A stretch of DNA of 64,000 bases, taken from NCBI GenBank assembly GCA_963665595.2, contig CAXXJK010000009.1, positions 164,289 to 228,288 on the forward strand, read 5' to 3'. The position numbers and the translations under genes are program-made. Position 1 is the first letter of the stretch, and every line of letters begins with the position of its first letter. Of this stretch, positions 55,830 to 64,000 are shown in pieces. The notes beneath the pieces were generated by a model, which was not told where the DNA came from, searched no databases, and saw nothing but the letters and a program-made list of their open reading frames with translations. The stretch comes from Coriobacteriales bacterium. Lineage in GTDB: Bacteria > Actinomycetota > Coriobacteriia > Coriobacteriales > CADBOM01.

Positions 55830-56918
55830 CTAGCGTTCCATGCAACTGATGCATGGATCAATGGTCAAGATAATGTTTGCCACATCAGCCAGCTGGCATC
55901 CTTGTATAGCCTGAACCAGACCGGCGATGTTTTCGGCTGTTGGGGTACGAATGCGAAATCTCTCGAGAAATTTGGTTCCATTACCCTTCGCGTAATATAC
56001 GCATTCTCCACGTGGCTGCTCAAGGCGCGTAACAGACTGAGATCCTGCTGCAGGGTTTCCCTTTACCTTATTTTGTATAGGACCATCGGGAATTTTTGCA
56101 ACAAGTTCTTTGATGATATCCATGGATTGAAGTACTTCTTTTGCGCGCACCTCAGCGCGAGCAAGACAATCTCCCTGCGCAGAAACAATGGGCTCAAAAT
56201 TTGAAAGATACCCATATCCTCCAAAACCCATCATGCGAACATCTTCTGCGACTCCCGACGCGCGCCCAAAAGGTCCTACGAGGCTGAGCGCTACTGCCTC
56301 ATCTTTTGATAGATGGCCCACCCCATACAAACGATCTTTTACCGTCGCGTCGCCGAGGAACACCTTGCAGATATCAGCATATTCGACTCGCATAGTATCG
56401 AGAGTCGCTACGATGGCGTTGAGTTCGCCCTGTTCGATATCAAAATTTACTCCACCAACATTCACGGCTGAAAGAATAACGCGTCCACCGGTGGTCTTTT
56501 CAAATATGTCGAGTACTTGCTCGCGTAGCCGCCAGCATTGCATGAATAACGACTCAAAGCCAAATGCATCGGCACCTAACCCAAGCCAGAGCAGGTGGCT
56601 ATGGATACGTGAGAGTTCGTGAAGGATGACGCGAAGGTGCTCAGCTCGCACGGGCACCTCTACCTCCATCAGATTTTCAAGTGTTTGCGAATAACCGAGG
56701 CTATGACCAAATGAACAGATGCCACAGATGCGCTCTGCTACGTAGACAAACTGAGTGTAATCTTTCACGGAAACGAGGCTCTCAAGCCCACGGTGAATAA
56801 ACCCAATCTGAGGTAGCACCTCAACAACCGTCTCATCCTCAAGGACAAGATCAAGATGTACTGGTTCAGGGAGTACAGGGTGCTGCGGGCCAAAAGGTAT
56901 GATTGTTCTTTTACCCAT
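55830..56918 (-). CDS. Group-4 [NiFe]-hydrogenase large subunit (EchE/NuoD-like)
   Basis: N-terminal RICGICSFGHS and C-terminal DPCISCMER Ni-Fe ligand motifs. 362 aa. Confidence 0.9.
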   Translation of the reverse strand: MGKRTIIPFGPQHPVLPEPVHLDLVLEDETVVEVLPQIGFIHRGLESLVSVKDYTQFVYVAERICGICSFGHSLGYSQTLENLMEVEVPVRAEHLRVILHELSRIHSHLLWLGLGADAFGFESLFMQCWRLREQVLDIFEKTTGGRVILSAVNVGGVNFDIEQGELNAIVATLDTMRVEYADICKVFLGDATVKDRLYGVGHLSKDEAVALSLVGPFGRASGVAEDVRMMGFGGYGYLSNFEPIVSAQGDCLARAEVRAKEVLQSMDIIKELVAKIPDGPIQNKVKGNPAAGSQSVTRLEQPRGECVYYAKGNGTKFLERFRIRTPTAENIAGLVQAIQGCQLADVANIILTIDPCISCMER

Positions 56919-57346
56919 TATTCCTCCTCCCCTTCTTCGGAAACTTGCTTGATATCAATCCCAACTCCTGCTTTACGTGCGGCTTCGACAGCAGCGGCGG
57001 ACTTAGGATTTTGTGGTGTTGCGATTGATGTCTTATAGAATTTTCCCATATAGTCGATGGCTACTCCGGAAAAGCCTATGCCAAATAAGTCGTGGACCTC
57101 GTTTTCATAGAAGAACGCTTCTAAATAGGTACTCGAAATCGAGGGCACTACCGCATCTACCGCAACGTGAATTTCCAGATTTTCCAACTCATCTTTTTTG
57201 ATAAAGGTATAGAGAAGTTCTACTGTTTCGTTTTCTGCTGTGGCGCACATCTGACCAAGACGCCACGCATCATCCTTATAGCTTTGCACTGTCGCAAGAA
57301 GTGCATCGAGCTGAATAATTTTAAATATCTGAGGCTCTTTATCCAT
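56918..57346 (-). CDS. NuoC-like hydrogenase subunit
   Basis: YENEVHDLFGIGF block. Confidence 0.7.
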   Translation of the reverse strand: MDKEPQIFKIIQLDALLATVQSYKDDAWRLGQMCATAENETVELLYTFIKKDELENLEIHVAVDAVVPSISSTYLEAFFYENEVHDLFGIGFSGVAIDYMGKFYKTSIATPQNPKSAAAVEAARKAGVGIDIKQVSEEGEEE

Positions 57347-57354
57347 ACTGACTC

Positions 57355-57894
57355 CTACGAGAGTGTCTTTTCAATGGCAGCTTCGGCTACTGTTTTACCG
57401 TTGACGATCTTTGTTGCGGCAGTCAGGCCTTCCTGCAGTGGTTTGTTTTCAAGGGTACCCGTGGCCATGGCTGCTCGTTTTCCTTCAAGGACACCCAGAC
57501 CCTTAACTACGCCATCAATGATTTGTTCAGGCCGTACCGCACAGCCGGGAACATATACATCGACGGGAATAGCGGTATCTATGCCGCCCATATTGTTGTA
57601 GCAATCAGCAAAGACACCTCCCGTACATGCACAAATGCCGCAAGCAACAACAACCTTAGGCTCAATCATCTGTTCATATATTTGTTGAACAACTCCGATA
57701 TTGCGTTCGTTCACACTACCGGTTACCAAAAAGACATCAGCGTGTTTGGGATTCCCCGTATTTATGATGCCAAAGCGCTCGACATCATACAGGGGCGTGA
57801 GGCAAGCTAAAACCTCTATATCACAGCCGTTGCAACTTGAGGCATCGTAATGTATAAGCCAAGGTGATTTAATCGTATCAGACATATATGACAC
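57355..57894 (-). CDS. Group-4 hydrogenase small subunit (EchC/NuoB-like)
   Basis: CNGCDIE, GICACTGG and VPGCAVRPE cluster ligands. Confidence 0.85.
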   Translation of the reverse strand: MSYMSDTIKSPWLIHYDASSCNGCDIEVLACLTPLYDVERFGIINTGNPKHADVFLVTGSVNERNIGVVQQIYEQMIEPKVVVACGICACTGGVFADCYNNMGGIDTAIPVDVYVPGCAVRPEQIIDGVVKGLGVLEGKRAAMATGTLENKPLQEGLTAATKIVNGKTVAEAAIEKTLS

Positions 57895-57897
57895 CTC

Positions 57898-58764
57898 CTA
57901 GATGAAATACAGGAATCCGATGTTGAGTATGAATGCAATCAACGTCACGATCCAGGCCGACTTGAACATGGTCTGCCACTTCACGCGGGCAGAGTTATTA
58001 TCAATGAAAATCTCAAACAGAAATACAAATGCTATGACGAGAAGAGCAACAATCCAACTGATCCACGATGAGGTAAGTATAAACAGACCTATCCAGCCAA
58101 AGAACAATACGTTTTCATACCAATGCATAACCTCAACCATTGCCAAGGTCTTCCCCGACATCTCAGTGGTTATGCCTTTAACAAGTTCTTGGTGAGCGTG
58201 GTGAGAATAGGACAGGTCAAACGGTGACTTACGTAATTTGATTGTCAGTACGAACAACAAAGCTATAAATACAAGCGGCGCAAAGGCAATCACGGGGATA
58301 GTCCTGAAGAAGACAATTGCGCCATTGAACGAGCCAGTAACAAGATAAAAGCCAACTGCCATGAGCAAGATAGCGGGCTCATAAGAAAGAACCTGAAGTA
58401 TTTCTCGCTGTGCTCCTATATCGGAAAAGGGCGACCGAGCAGAATATGCAGCGACAATGAAAAACAACGAACTCAGCGTTAGCACGAAGATGACCATAAG
58501 GAGATTCATGCCCGCAAAGAACAGCGCTCCCGCGACAACTGCAAACAACAATGCCATTGCCACATAGAAATCCATGACCGAGTTTACTGATACGTCCTCT
58601 TTCGCGAGGAGTTTGCGCACATCATAAAGTGGCTGCAATAGTGGCGGGCCTACACGACCTTGGAAACGTGCGGTTATCTTGCGGTCGAGACCGGCAAGGA
58701 AACAACCCACTACTGGTGCAAGGATAACAAATAAAACGGCGAGTATAACAGTAAGGCTTATCAT
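57898..58764 (-). CDS. Membrane subunit, NuoH/EchB-like
   Basis: Polytopic. Contains the RFQGRVGPPLLQPLYD motif. Confidence 0.8.
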   Translation of the reverse strand: MISLTVILAVLFVILAPVVGCFLAGLDRKITARFQGRVGPPLLQPLYDVRKLLAKEDVSVNSVMDFYVAMALLFAVVAGALFFAGMNLLMVIFVLTLSSLFFIVAAYSARSPFSDIGAQREILQVLSYEPAILLMAVGFYLVTGSFNGAIVFFRTIPVIAFAPLVFIALLFVLTIKLRKSPFDLSYSHHAHQELVKGITTEMSGKTLAMVEVMHWYENVLFFGWIGLFILTSSWISWIVALLVIAFVFLFEIFIDNNSARVKWQTMFKSAWIVTLIAFILNIGFLYFI

Positions 58765-60753
58765 TTACATCACCGTCCCTATGCCAGCGAGTGAGAGTGC
58801 CAGTCCGCCCACAAACAGTACGGCGCAGATTATATTACCAGGCATATCAAGAAACTTCTCACCAAACCATCCTTGAAGATACAGATTGCGCTGTGACGCT
58901 TCGGCTGGTGCGCTCATTGCGTTAGTGAATGAGCGGGTTTCAAAGTCTGTGCCGACTCCTGAGAGATAAACATCAACATGGCGCTTTGATGATTTACCAA
59001 AAAATCCTATGAATGCAATGATAATCACCGCAACAATGATGGCCATGATAAGGAGATTATCAAAAGAGACATCGGTGTAGACAATGTACCATTGCGAATC
59101 AAGATAGGGTAATACTACATATTGAGATATCCACGGGAAGGCAATGCAGCAGAAGAGCAGTATGAAGAGCATAATGCCCATCGCTACCCATTCTGAAAGA
59201 TGAACTGATTTTTCCATATCGCTTGTACCGCTTGCAACAGCGGTGATCTTGCCCAGCCATTTGGCCCAGAATACGAAGGTCAAAGCTGATCCAAAACAAA
59301 GAATAATTATGAGAGCCAAATTACCGGTATCTATAACCGAGACCATTGCCGCCCACTTTGAAATGAGCATACCAAATGGAGCAATAAACATACCCATGAT
59401 ACCAATGGCCATAAAACGTGCGAGACGTGGCATTCGCACAAAGAGGTCATCCATGCTCTCAATATCACGCGAACCGATATGATGCTCTGCGGTACCAACA
59501 CAGAGGAACAACAAAGATTTGGCAGCTGCATGAAATACTATCAGGAAAATAGCGGCCCATACGCCTTCAGCGGTTCCGATGCCGGCGCAGAGGGTGATGA
59601 GACCAAGATTGGAAATGGTCGAATACGCAAGTACGCGCTTGGCGTTAGTCTGCGAAATAGCCATCGCTGCACAAAGTATAAAGGTTATACCGCCGACCAT
59701 CATGACCATAAAGCCATTGACGTTCATTCCTAAAGTAGGCGCAAGCTTTACCAACATGAATACGCCTGCTTTAACCATGGTAGAAGAATGAAGCAAGGCA
59801 CTAGTTGGAGTTGGTGCCACCATAGCGCCGAGAAGCCACGAATGGAACGGCATCTGAGCGCATTTTGTCATTGCAGCAAAGCAGAGAAGGCATATCGGGA
59901 ATGCGAGAAATCCGTTTGCGCCGAATGCAACGACCTTGTCAAGCTCGAGAACGCCGCTGAAACTGCCCAATAGGATAAGTGCGACAATAAAGGCGATTCC
60001 GCCGAGCATGTTCATTACTATCTGACGAAATGCATTATTGATTGCTTCTTCGGTGCGCGTGAATCCGATGAGGAGAAATGAAGAGATCGTCGTCACTTCC
60101 CATGCGCAGAACAACCAAGGAAGATCATTGCAGAAGACGATACAAAACATTGCCGAAAGAAATACATACATGATGGCAAAGAAGTCGTTACAACGTCTGC
60201 CTGACCCACAATCATGAACACAGAAGTCTTTCATATATCCCAATGCATATATGGAAATGCCGCTTCCTATAATTCCTATGATAAGTGCCATAATGGTCGA
60301 AAATGTATCAATGTACAACGTAGTTTCAATGACTACCTTCGGCGCGATAAAAAACTCAAAGAAGATTGTTAACAGCACTTGAATAACCGCAAGCACAAAA
60401 GCGAGCCATTTCTTATATTTTACTGCGTAGGCAATGACGGCAACGCTTATCACGATGTCGACGACGAGTGCTATATAGGTGATAATCTCGCTATGGAATC
60501 GGTAATAAACACTTGCAGCAAATAGATGTTGGACAGCCAATAACAGACTGGCCAATATAATGATCGTCGAAGATATATATACGACGATCTCGCGCGCTCT
60601 CTGATCTCGAATAATCCATAGCAGCAGAGCTGAAATTAATGGAAATATTACGAGAAAACCGATAAGCTCCAAGACCTTCCCTCCTTTGGAAACGTGAGGC
60701 ATACAGCTAGTAATATATGACGTGAACAACGTGATGAGGATAGTCGATATCAC
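58765..60753 (-). CDS. Membrane antiporter-like subunit, NuoL/EchA-like
   Basis: 662 aa and polytopic, with proton-conducting transporter blocks (PFHSWL, SALLHSSTMVKAG). Confidence 0.85.
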   Translation of the reverse strand: MISTILITLFTSYITSCMPHVSKGGKVLELIGFLVIFPLISALLLWIIRDQRAREIVVYISSTIIILASLLLAVQHLFAASVYYRFHSEIITYIALVVDIVISVAVIAYAVKYKKWLAFVLAVIQVLLTIFFEFFIAPKVVIETTLYIDTFSTIMALIIGIIGSGISIYALGYMKDFCVHDCGSGRRCNDFFAIMYVFLSAMFCIVFCNDLPWLFCAWEVTTISSFLLIGFTRTEEAINNAFRQIVMNMLGGIAFIVALILLGSFSGVLELDKVVAFGANGFLAFPICLLCFAAMTKCAQMPFHSWLLGAMVAPTPTSALLHSSTMVKAGVFMLVKLAPTLGMNVNGFMVMMVGGITFILCAAMAISQTNAKRVLAYSTISNLGLITLCAGIGTAEGVWAAIFLIVFHAAAKSLLFLCVGTAEHHIGSRDIESMDDLFVRMPRLARFMAIGIMGMFIAPFGMLISKWAAMVSVIDTGNLALIIILCFGSALTFVFWAKWLGKITAVASGTSDMEKSVHLSEWVAMGIMLFILLFCCIAFPWISQYVVLPYLDSQWYIVYTDVSFDNLLIMAIIVAVIIIAFIGFFGKSSKRHVDVYLSGVGTDFETRSFTNAMSAPAEASQRNLYLQGWFGEKFLDMPGNIICAVLFVGGLALSLAGIGTVM

Positions 60754-61067
60754 GGGAGGTAATCCTCAGAATCGTCTTAACATGCGAGGGCGCGTTCTAC
60801 TCATCGGTTAGCGGTGTGTTTGCCGGTGAGAATCTTTGCTTGGTTTCTTTACCGTAACGCTCATCTATAGTTATGTTGTTTTGAACAGATTTATTCGTGT
60901 TTTGTGTTGTCGCGCGGTCTTTACGATACGAACCTTCATACTTAAACGACGCTTAACACGACCCTTTCTTTGCATTTTCCCACGTGCCAATAAAGCTGCT
61001 CATGTCAAGCACGGAAACGCGCTGCTTTATTATTCGCACGTGAAACCCCTATAGATTTTGGAGAAAT

Positions 61068-62345
61068 ATGAATACATCTTTTGAGGCCCTCGGTCTTTCC
61101 GAGGCAACCCTTTCTGCGGTCACGCGATTGGGCTACACTACCCCTACGCCCGTTCAATCCGAAGCAATTCCCATTGCCATGGAAGGACGCGATATCGTTG
61201 CGGCTGCCAAAACGGGAACAGGAAAAACTGCGGCGTTTGTTATCCCGGTTGTTGAGCGCATCGCACGCGCAAAACGCAGTGGTGCTCCTTCGGCACTCAT
61301 CGTTAGCCCCACGCGAGAGCTTGCGCAACAAATTGAGACCGTGTGCGTAAACGTTGCTAAGACCACTGGCCATCGTGTTGCTTTAGTTGTTGGCGGTATG
61401 CCATATGGCCCACAGATAAAGCGTCTGAAGCAGGGCGTTGACATCCTCATCGCAACTCCTGGACGCTTGAACGACTTGATGGATCGCGGAACTATTAATC
61501 TCAGCCGCGTCAAGATGCTGGTAATAGATGAGGCTGATCGTATGCTCGACATGGGCTTCTGGCCAACGATGGAACAAATTATTGGCGCAACACCTGAAAA
61601 TCGTCAGACGCTGCTTTTTTCCGCCACCATTGACCGCAAGATTATGCGTAGCGTTGAAGACATATTGCACGAACCTGCGTTTATCGAAATCGCCCATAGA
61701 GGCGAGACAGCTGATATGGTCGATCAATTTGTGGTGCCAGTCAGCCAATCTGAAAAATCTTCGCTCCTCTGCGCAGTGCTTAAAGAGCGCGGCAGCGAAC
61801 GTATTATCGTATTTGCGCGGACCAAGGACCGTACGGATGATTGCGCAGATAGACTGTGCGAAGCGGGATACGATGCAGAGTCGATTCATTCGGGCAAGTC
61901 ACAATGGCAACGCCGCCGTGCCCTTGACAATTTCAGCAAAGGCAAAACGGACATTTTGGTAGCCACTGATGTGCTGGCGCGTGGTATTGATGTATCAAAT
62001 GTTGAACACATCATTAACTATGATCTCCCCGATTCTGCTGAGGACTATGTGCACCGCATCGGCCGTACTGGCCGCGCGGGAAAAACCGGAGACGCGATCT
62101 CATTTGTGAGTTCTAATTCGCGTAATGCATTACGCGACATCGAGCGTTTGATTGGTAAAAAGATACCTTCTATTACCGTTCAGGGCTTCACTGCTGAAAA
62201 GACAGAAGGAAGACCAAAACGCCCAGGGTCAAACAACAGACGCCCTTCTACCACTTCGTATCAACGGAAAAGTGGCGGTTCCAATGACTCACGCCCCGGT
62301 AGATCGCAGCGCAGTGCTTCTACTCGTCAAGCAGTTGCTCGTTAA
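61068..62345 (+). CDS. DEAD-box ATP-dependent RNA helicase with a basic Arg/Ser-rich tail
   Basis: Q-motif region plus AKTGTGKTAAF, DEAD, SAT and HRIGRTGRAG. Confidence 0.9.
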   Translation: MNTSFEALGLSEATLSAVTRLGYTTPTPVQSEAIPIAMEGRDIVAAAKTGTGKTAAFVIPVVERIARAKRSGAPSALIVSPTRELAQQIETVCVNVAKTTGHRVALVVGGMPYGPQIKRLKQGVDILIATPGRLNDLMDRGTINLSRVKMLVIDEADRMLDMGFWPTMEQIIGATPENRQTLLFSATIDRKIMRSVEDILHEPAFIEIAHRGETADMVDQFVVPVSQSEKSSLLCAVLKERGSERIIVFARTKDRTDDCADRLCEAGYDAESIHSGKSQWQRRRALDNFSKGKTDILVATDVLARGIDVSNVEHIINYDLPDSAEDYVHRIGRTGRAGKTGDAISFVSSNSRNALRDIERLIGKKIPSITVQGFTAEKTEGRPKRPGSNNRRPSTTSYQRKSGGSNDSRPGRSQRSASTRQAVAR

Positions 62346-62459
62346 GTTATCACGCATACACTTTTATAAAAAAGCTTTAGTACCGATTATTAAAAAGCCT
62401 CCTCCGCCAAATGGTGAAGTGGGCTTTTTAATTGATTTAAGGCAGGAATTCTTTCGTCA

Positions 62460-62738
62460 CTAGTTCCTTTCACTTTCTAGACAATAATATACTTGTTCTA
62501 ATTTGTTGTTTATCTGGACATCGCAGGAAGGGCATAAGCAGCCCTTTTCTTCTGTAATGCATTCGCTTTTCTCATAGGCGCAAAACAGTTTTTCTGCATG
62601 AACTTTTTTATCCATATTTCCGATGAGAAGAAGCACGTTTGAGGGCATAGACTCGACTTTACAGGCGAATGCGTAACTTGGGCAGGAAAAACACTTACAT
62701 GCGATAAGATTGCTCTTTGATTTCTCGACCTCTTGCAT
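62460..62738 (-). CDS. Small Cys-rich protein (DUF2769-like)
   Basis: CKCFSCPSYAFAC, CAYEKSEC and CLCPSC. The ATG at 62738 is preceded by AAGGAGG. Confidence 0.55.
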   Translation of the reverse strand: MQEVEKSKSNLIACKCFSCPSYAFACKVESMPSNVLLLIGNMDKKVHAEKLFCAYEKSECITEEKGCLCPSCDVQINNKLEQVYYCLESERN

Positions 62739-62806
62739 AGTTACCTCCTTATAAGTTTTTAGTTTCTGCATAGAGTAAGCACTCCGATACTACGTATGTG
62801 GCAAAA

Positions 62807-64000
62807 CTATTCGCCACCGCTGGCTTGCGTCACGGCGTTCAAACCTGCTAGGTATCCAAAGGTCAACGCGGGGCCTATGGTGCTGCCGGCGCCCCAGTAA
62901 GCGTTAGCGGTTGGCGAGGCAATGCAGTTTCCCGCACCATAGAGACCAGGAATGGGTTCGCCTCGTGTGTCAAGTACCTGCGCTTTTCCATTGATCATAG
63001 GGCCGCCATTAGTGTCTAGTGTGCCAGCTCCTAGAATAATGGCATGATAAGGTCCTGTATCTGACAGAGGGTACAGGGTAATATTTTTAGAGTCTGCCGG
63101 TGGCCATTCAGCGCCGGGAATAGTTGGTGGAAACGTTGTCCATTCGCGATCATAGGCAAAGCTTCCACGATGAAATTCCTCATCAATACCTGACAGAGCA
63201 TAGCTGTTATAGCGCGCAACGGTTGCGGCTAGATTCTGAACAAATGTGGGGTCAAGCGCAAATCCTCCTGTGTGCGGTGCCAACCGTGCAAGACGCTCTT
63301 CAATTAATAGAGCAAGGGAGTCAAGAGTATCTGCCGTGATAACATAGGGGGGCCGTGCTCCCTGCGGCGGAAGTGGCGGGAAGCCGCCCCAAAGTGTTGC
63401 GCACCGCTCATCGTAAATCCAAAATAGAAGCATATTTGTCCACTCGGCTCTGTTGGGATCCCAAACAAAGTGGACCATTCCCCGATCAGTGTAGTCACGT
63501 TTTTCATCCATAACGCGCAGACCAAAACGATTGACTTCAAGCGTGCTGTCCCCTACCACAAAAAATACGTTATGCACCCCTGCGGGGTCTGATAGTACTT
63601 GTTCGAGCACGGTCTCTGCCCGCCACGCTCCTGCGGTATTAGCGGGCATAGCACCAATTTCGATAGCAAGTTTGAAGAAGTCGCCGGTATTGGTGGGCGC
63701 GGCACATCCACCAAAATGCGGTCCGCGTTGGAGGCGAAGCATGAGCTCTGGATCGTGCGTATAGCCCCCTGAACCAAATATCACGGCGTTTTTTGCAAAA
63801 AATGAGGCATGAATGCCGTCGGGGGTAATCGTCTGTACGCCTACGACTGTTCCTTCAGCATTTTTTACTATACGTGAAACTCGATGATTGAGCATAAGTG
63901 GTATATTATGTGCCTCCGCCCACGCGCTCATTTGACGTATCAGTTCGATTCCGTAAGACATCTTACCCTTGGAATCCTGCGCATAGAGCACGCGGCCACG
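62807..64000 (-). CDS. FAD-dependent oxidoreductase (fumarate reductase/KstD-like flavoprotein), N-terminus beyond the window
   Basis: C-terminal GLYGAGNCIASP...AGSTIGPALTFGYLAG and IIFGSGGYTH blocks. The ORF is open to the window edge. Confidence 0.75.
   Translation of the reverse strand, partial: RGRVLYAQDSKGKMSYGIELIRQMSAWAEAHNIPLMLNHRVSRIVKNAEGTVVGVQTITPDGIHASFFAKNAVIFGSGGYTHDPELMLRLQRGPHFGGCAAPTNTGDFFKLAIEIGAMPANTAGAWRAETVLEQVLSDPAGVHNVFFVVGDSTLEVNRFGLRVMDEKRDYTDRGMVHFVWDPNRAEWTNMLLFWIYDERCATLWGGFPPLPPQGARPPYVITADTLDSLALLIEERLARLAPHTGGFALDPTFVQNLAATVARYNSYALSGIDEEFHRGSFAYDREWTTFPPTIPGAEWPPADSKNITLYPLSDTGPYHAIILGAGTLDTNGGPMINGKAQVLDTRGEPIPGLYGAGNCIASPTANAYWGAGSTIGPALTFGYLAGLNAVTQASGGE

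Overview
The window is a chromosomal segment whose gene content suggests an anaerobic, Coriobacteriia-like actinobacterium. That assignment is an inference from an LCP protein, an FHA protein, an NlpC/P60 protein with a coiled coil, an Ech-type hydrogenase and fumarate-reductase-like flavoproteins, and it was not verified. Housekeeping genes occupy both ends: uppP, nth, mfd, mazG, a polyprenyl synthase and cell-wall hydrolases on the left, and rbr, guaB, leuS, an LCP gene, iorAB, paaK, pgsA, a six-gene group-4 [NiFe] hydrogenase and a DEAD-box helicase on the right. The centre (about 16-40 kb) is accessory-looking and holds four things. (1) 16.1-24.2 kb is a complete corrinoid-dependent methyl-transfer module: a DUF2284 protein, a RACE-type reductive activase, a corrinoid protein, a MetF-MetV fusion, a methyl-THF:corrinoid methyltransferase and two URO-D-family substrate methyltransferases. 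(2) 25.0-28.2 kb holds a polytopic membrane protein and a single-polypeptide, membrane-anchored sigma-70/ECF-like factor with a zinc ribbon and an extracytoplasmic YD-repeat-like domain. (3) 28.4-30.2 kb is an arsR-hgcA-hgcB mercury-methylation locus, with the diagnostic NVWCAAGK cap helix in HgcA and a C-terminal CC in the HgcB ferredoxin. (4) 30.2-40.1 kb is a roughly 9.8 kb integrated element bounded by a 97-bp direct repeat that duplicates the 3' part of tRNA-Ala(GGC). This element has a phage-satellite (PICI-like) layout: tyrosine integrase, divergent XRE/excisionase control region, iteron origin, a DnaB-like helicase split by a frameshift in an A8 run, and a terminase small subunit, with no capsid genes. 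Its cargo is two blocks, each behind a duplicated leader of about 370 bp. The blocks encode a PASTA lipoprotein, a membrane-anchored HIRAN protein, a membrane-anchored DEDDh exonuclease-BRCT protein and a small basic protein. I rate this cargo the best candidate for an undescribed system, possibly superinfection exclusion or anti-phage defence. No rRNA genes or CRISPR arrays were seen. All functional calls rest on motifs read by eye from the ORF translations, and no database search was possible.
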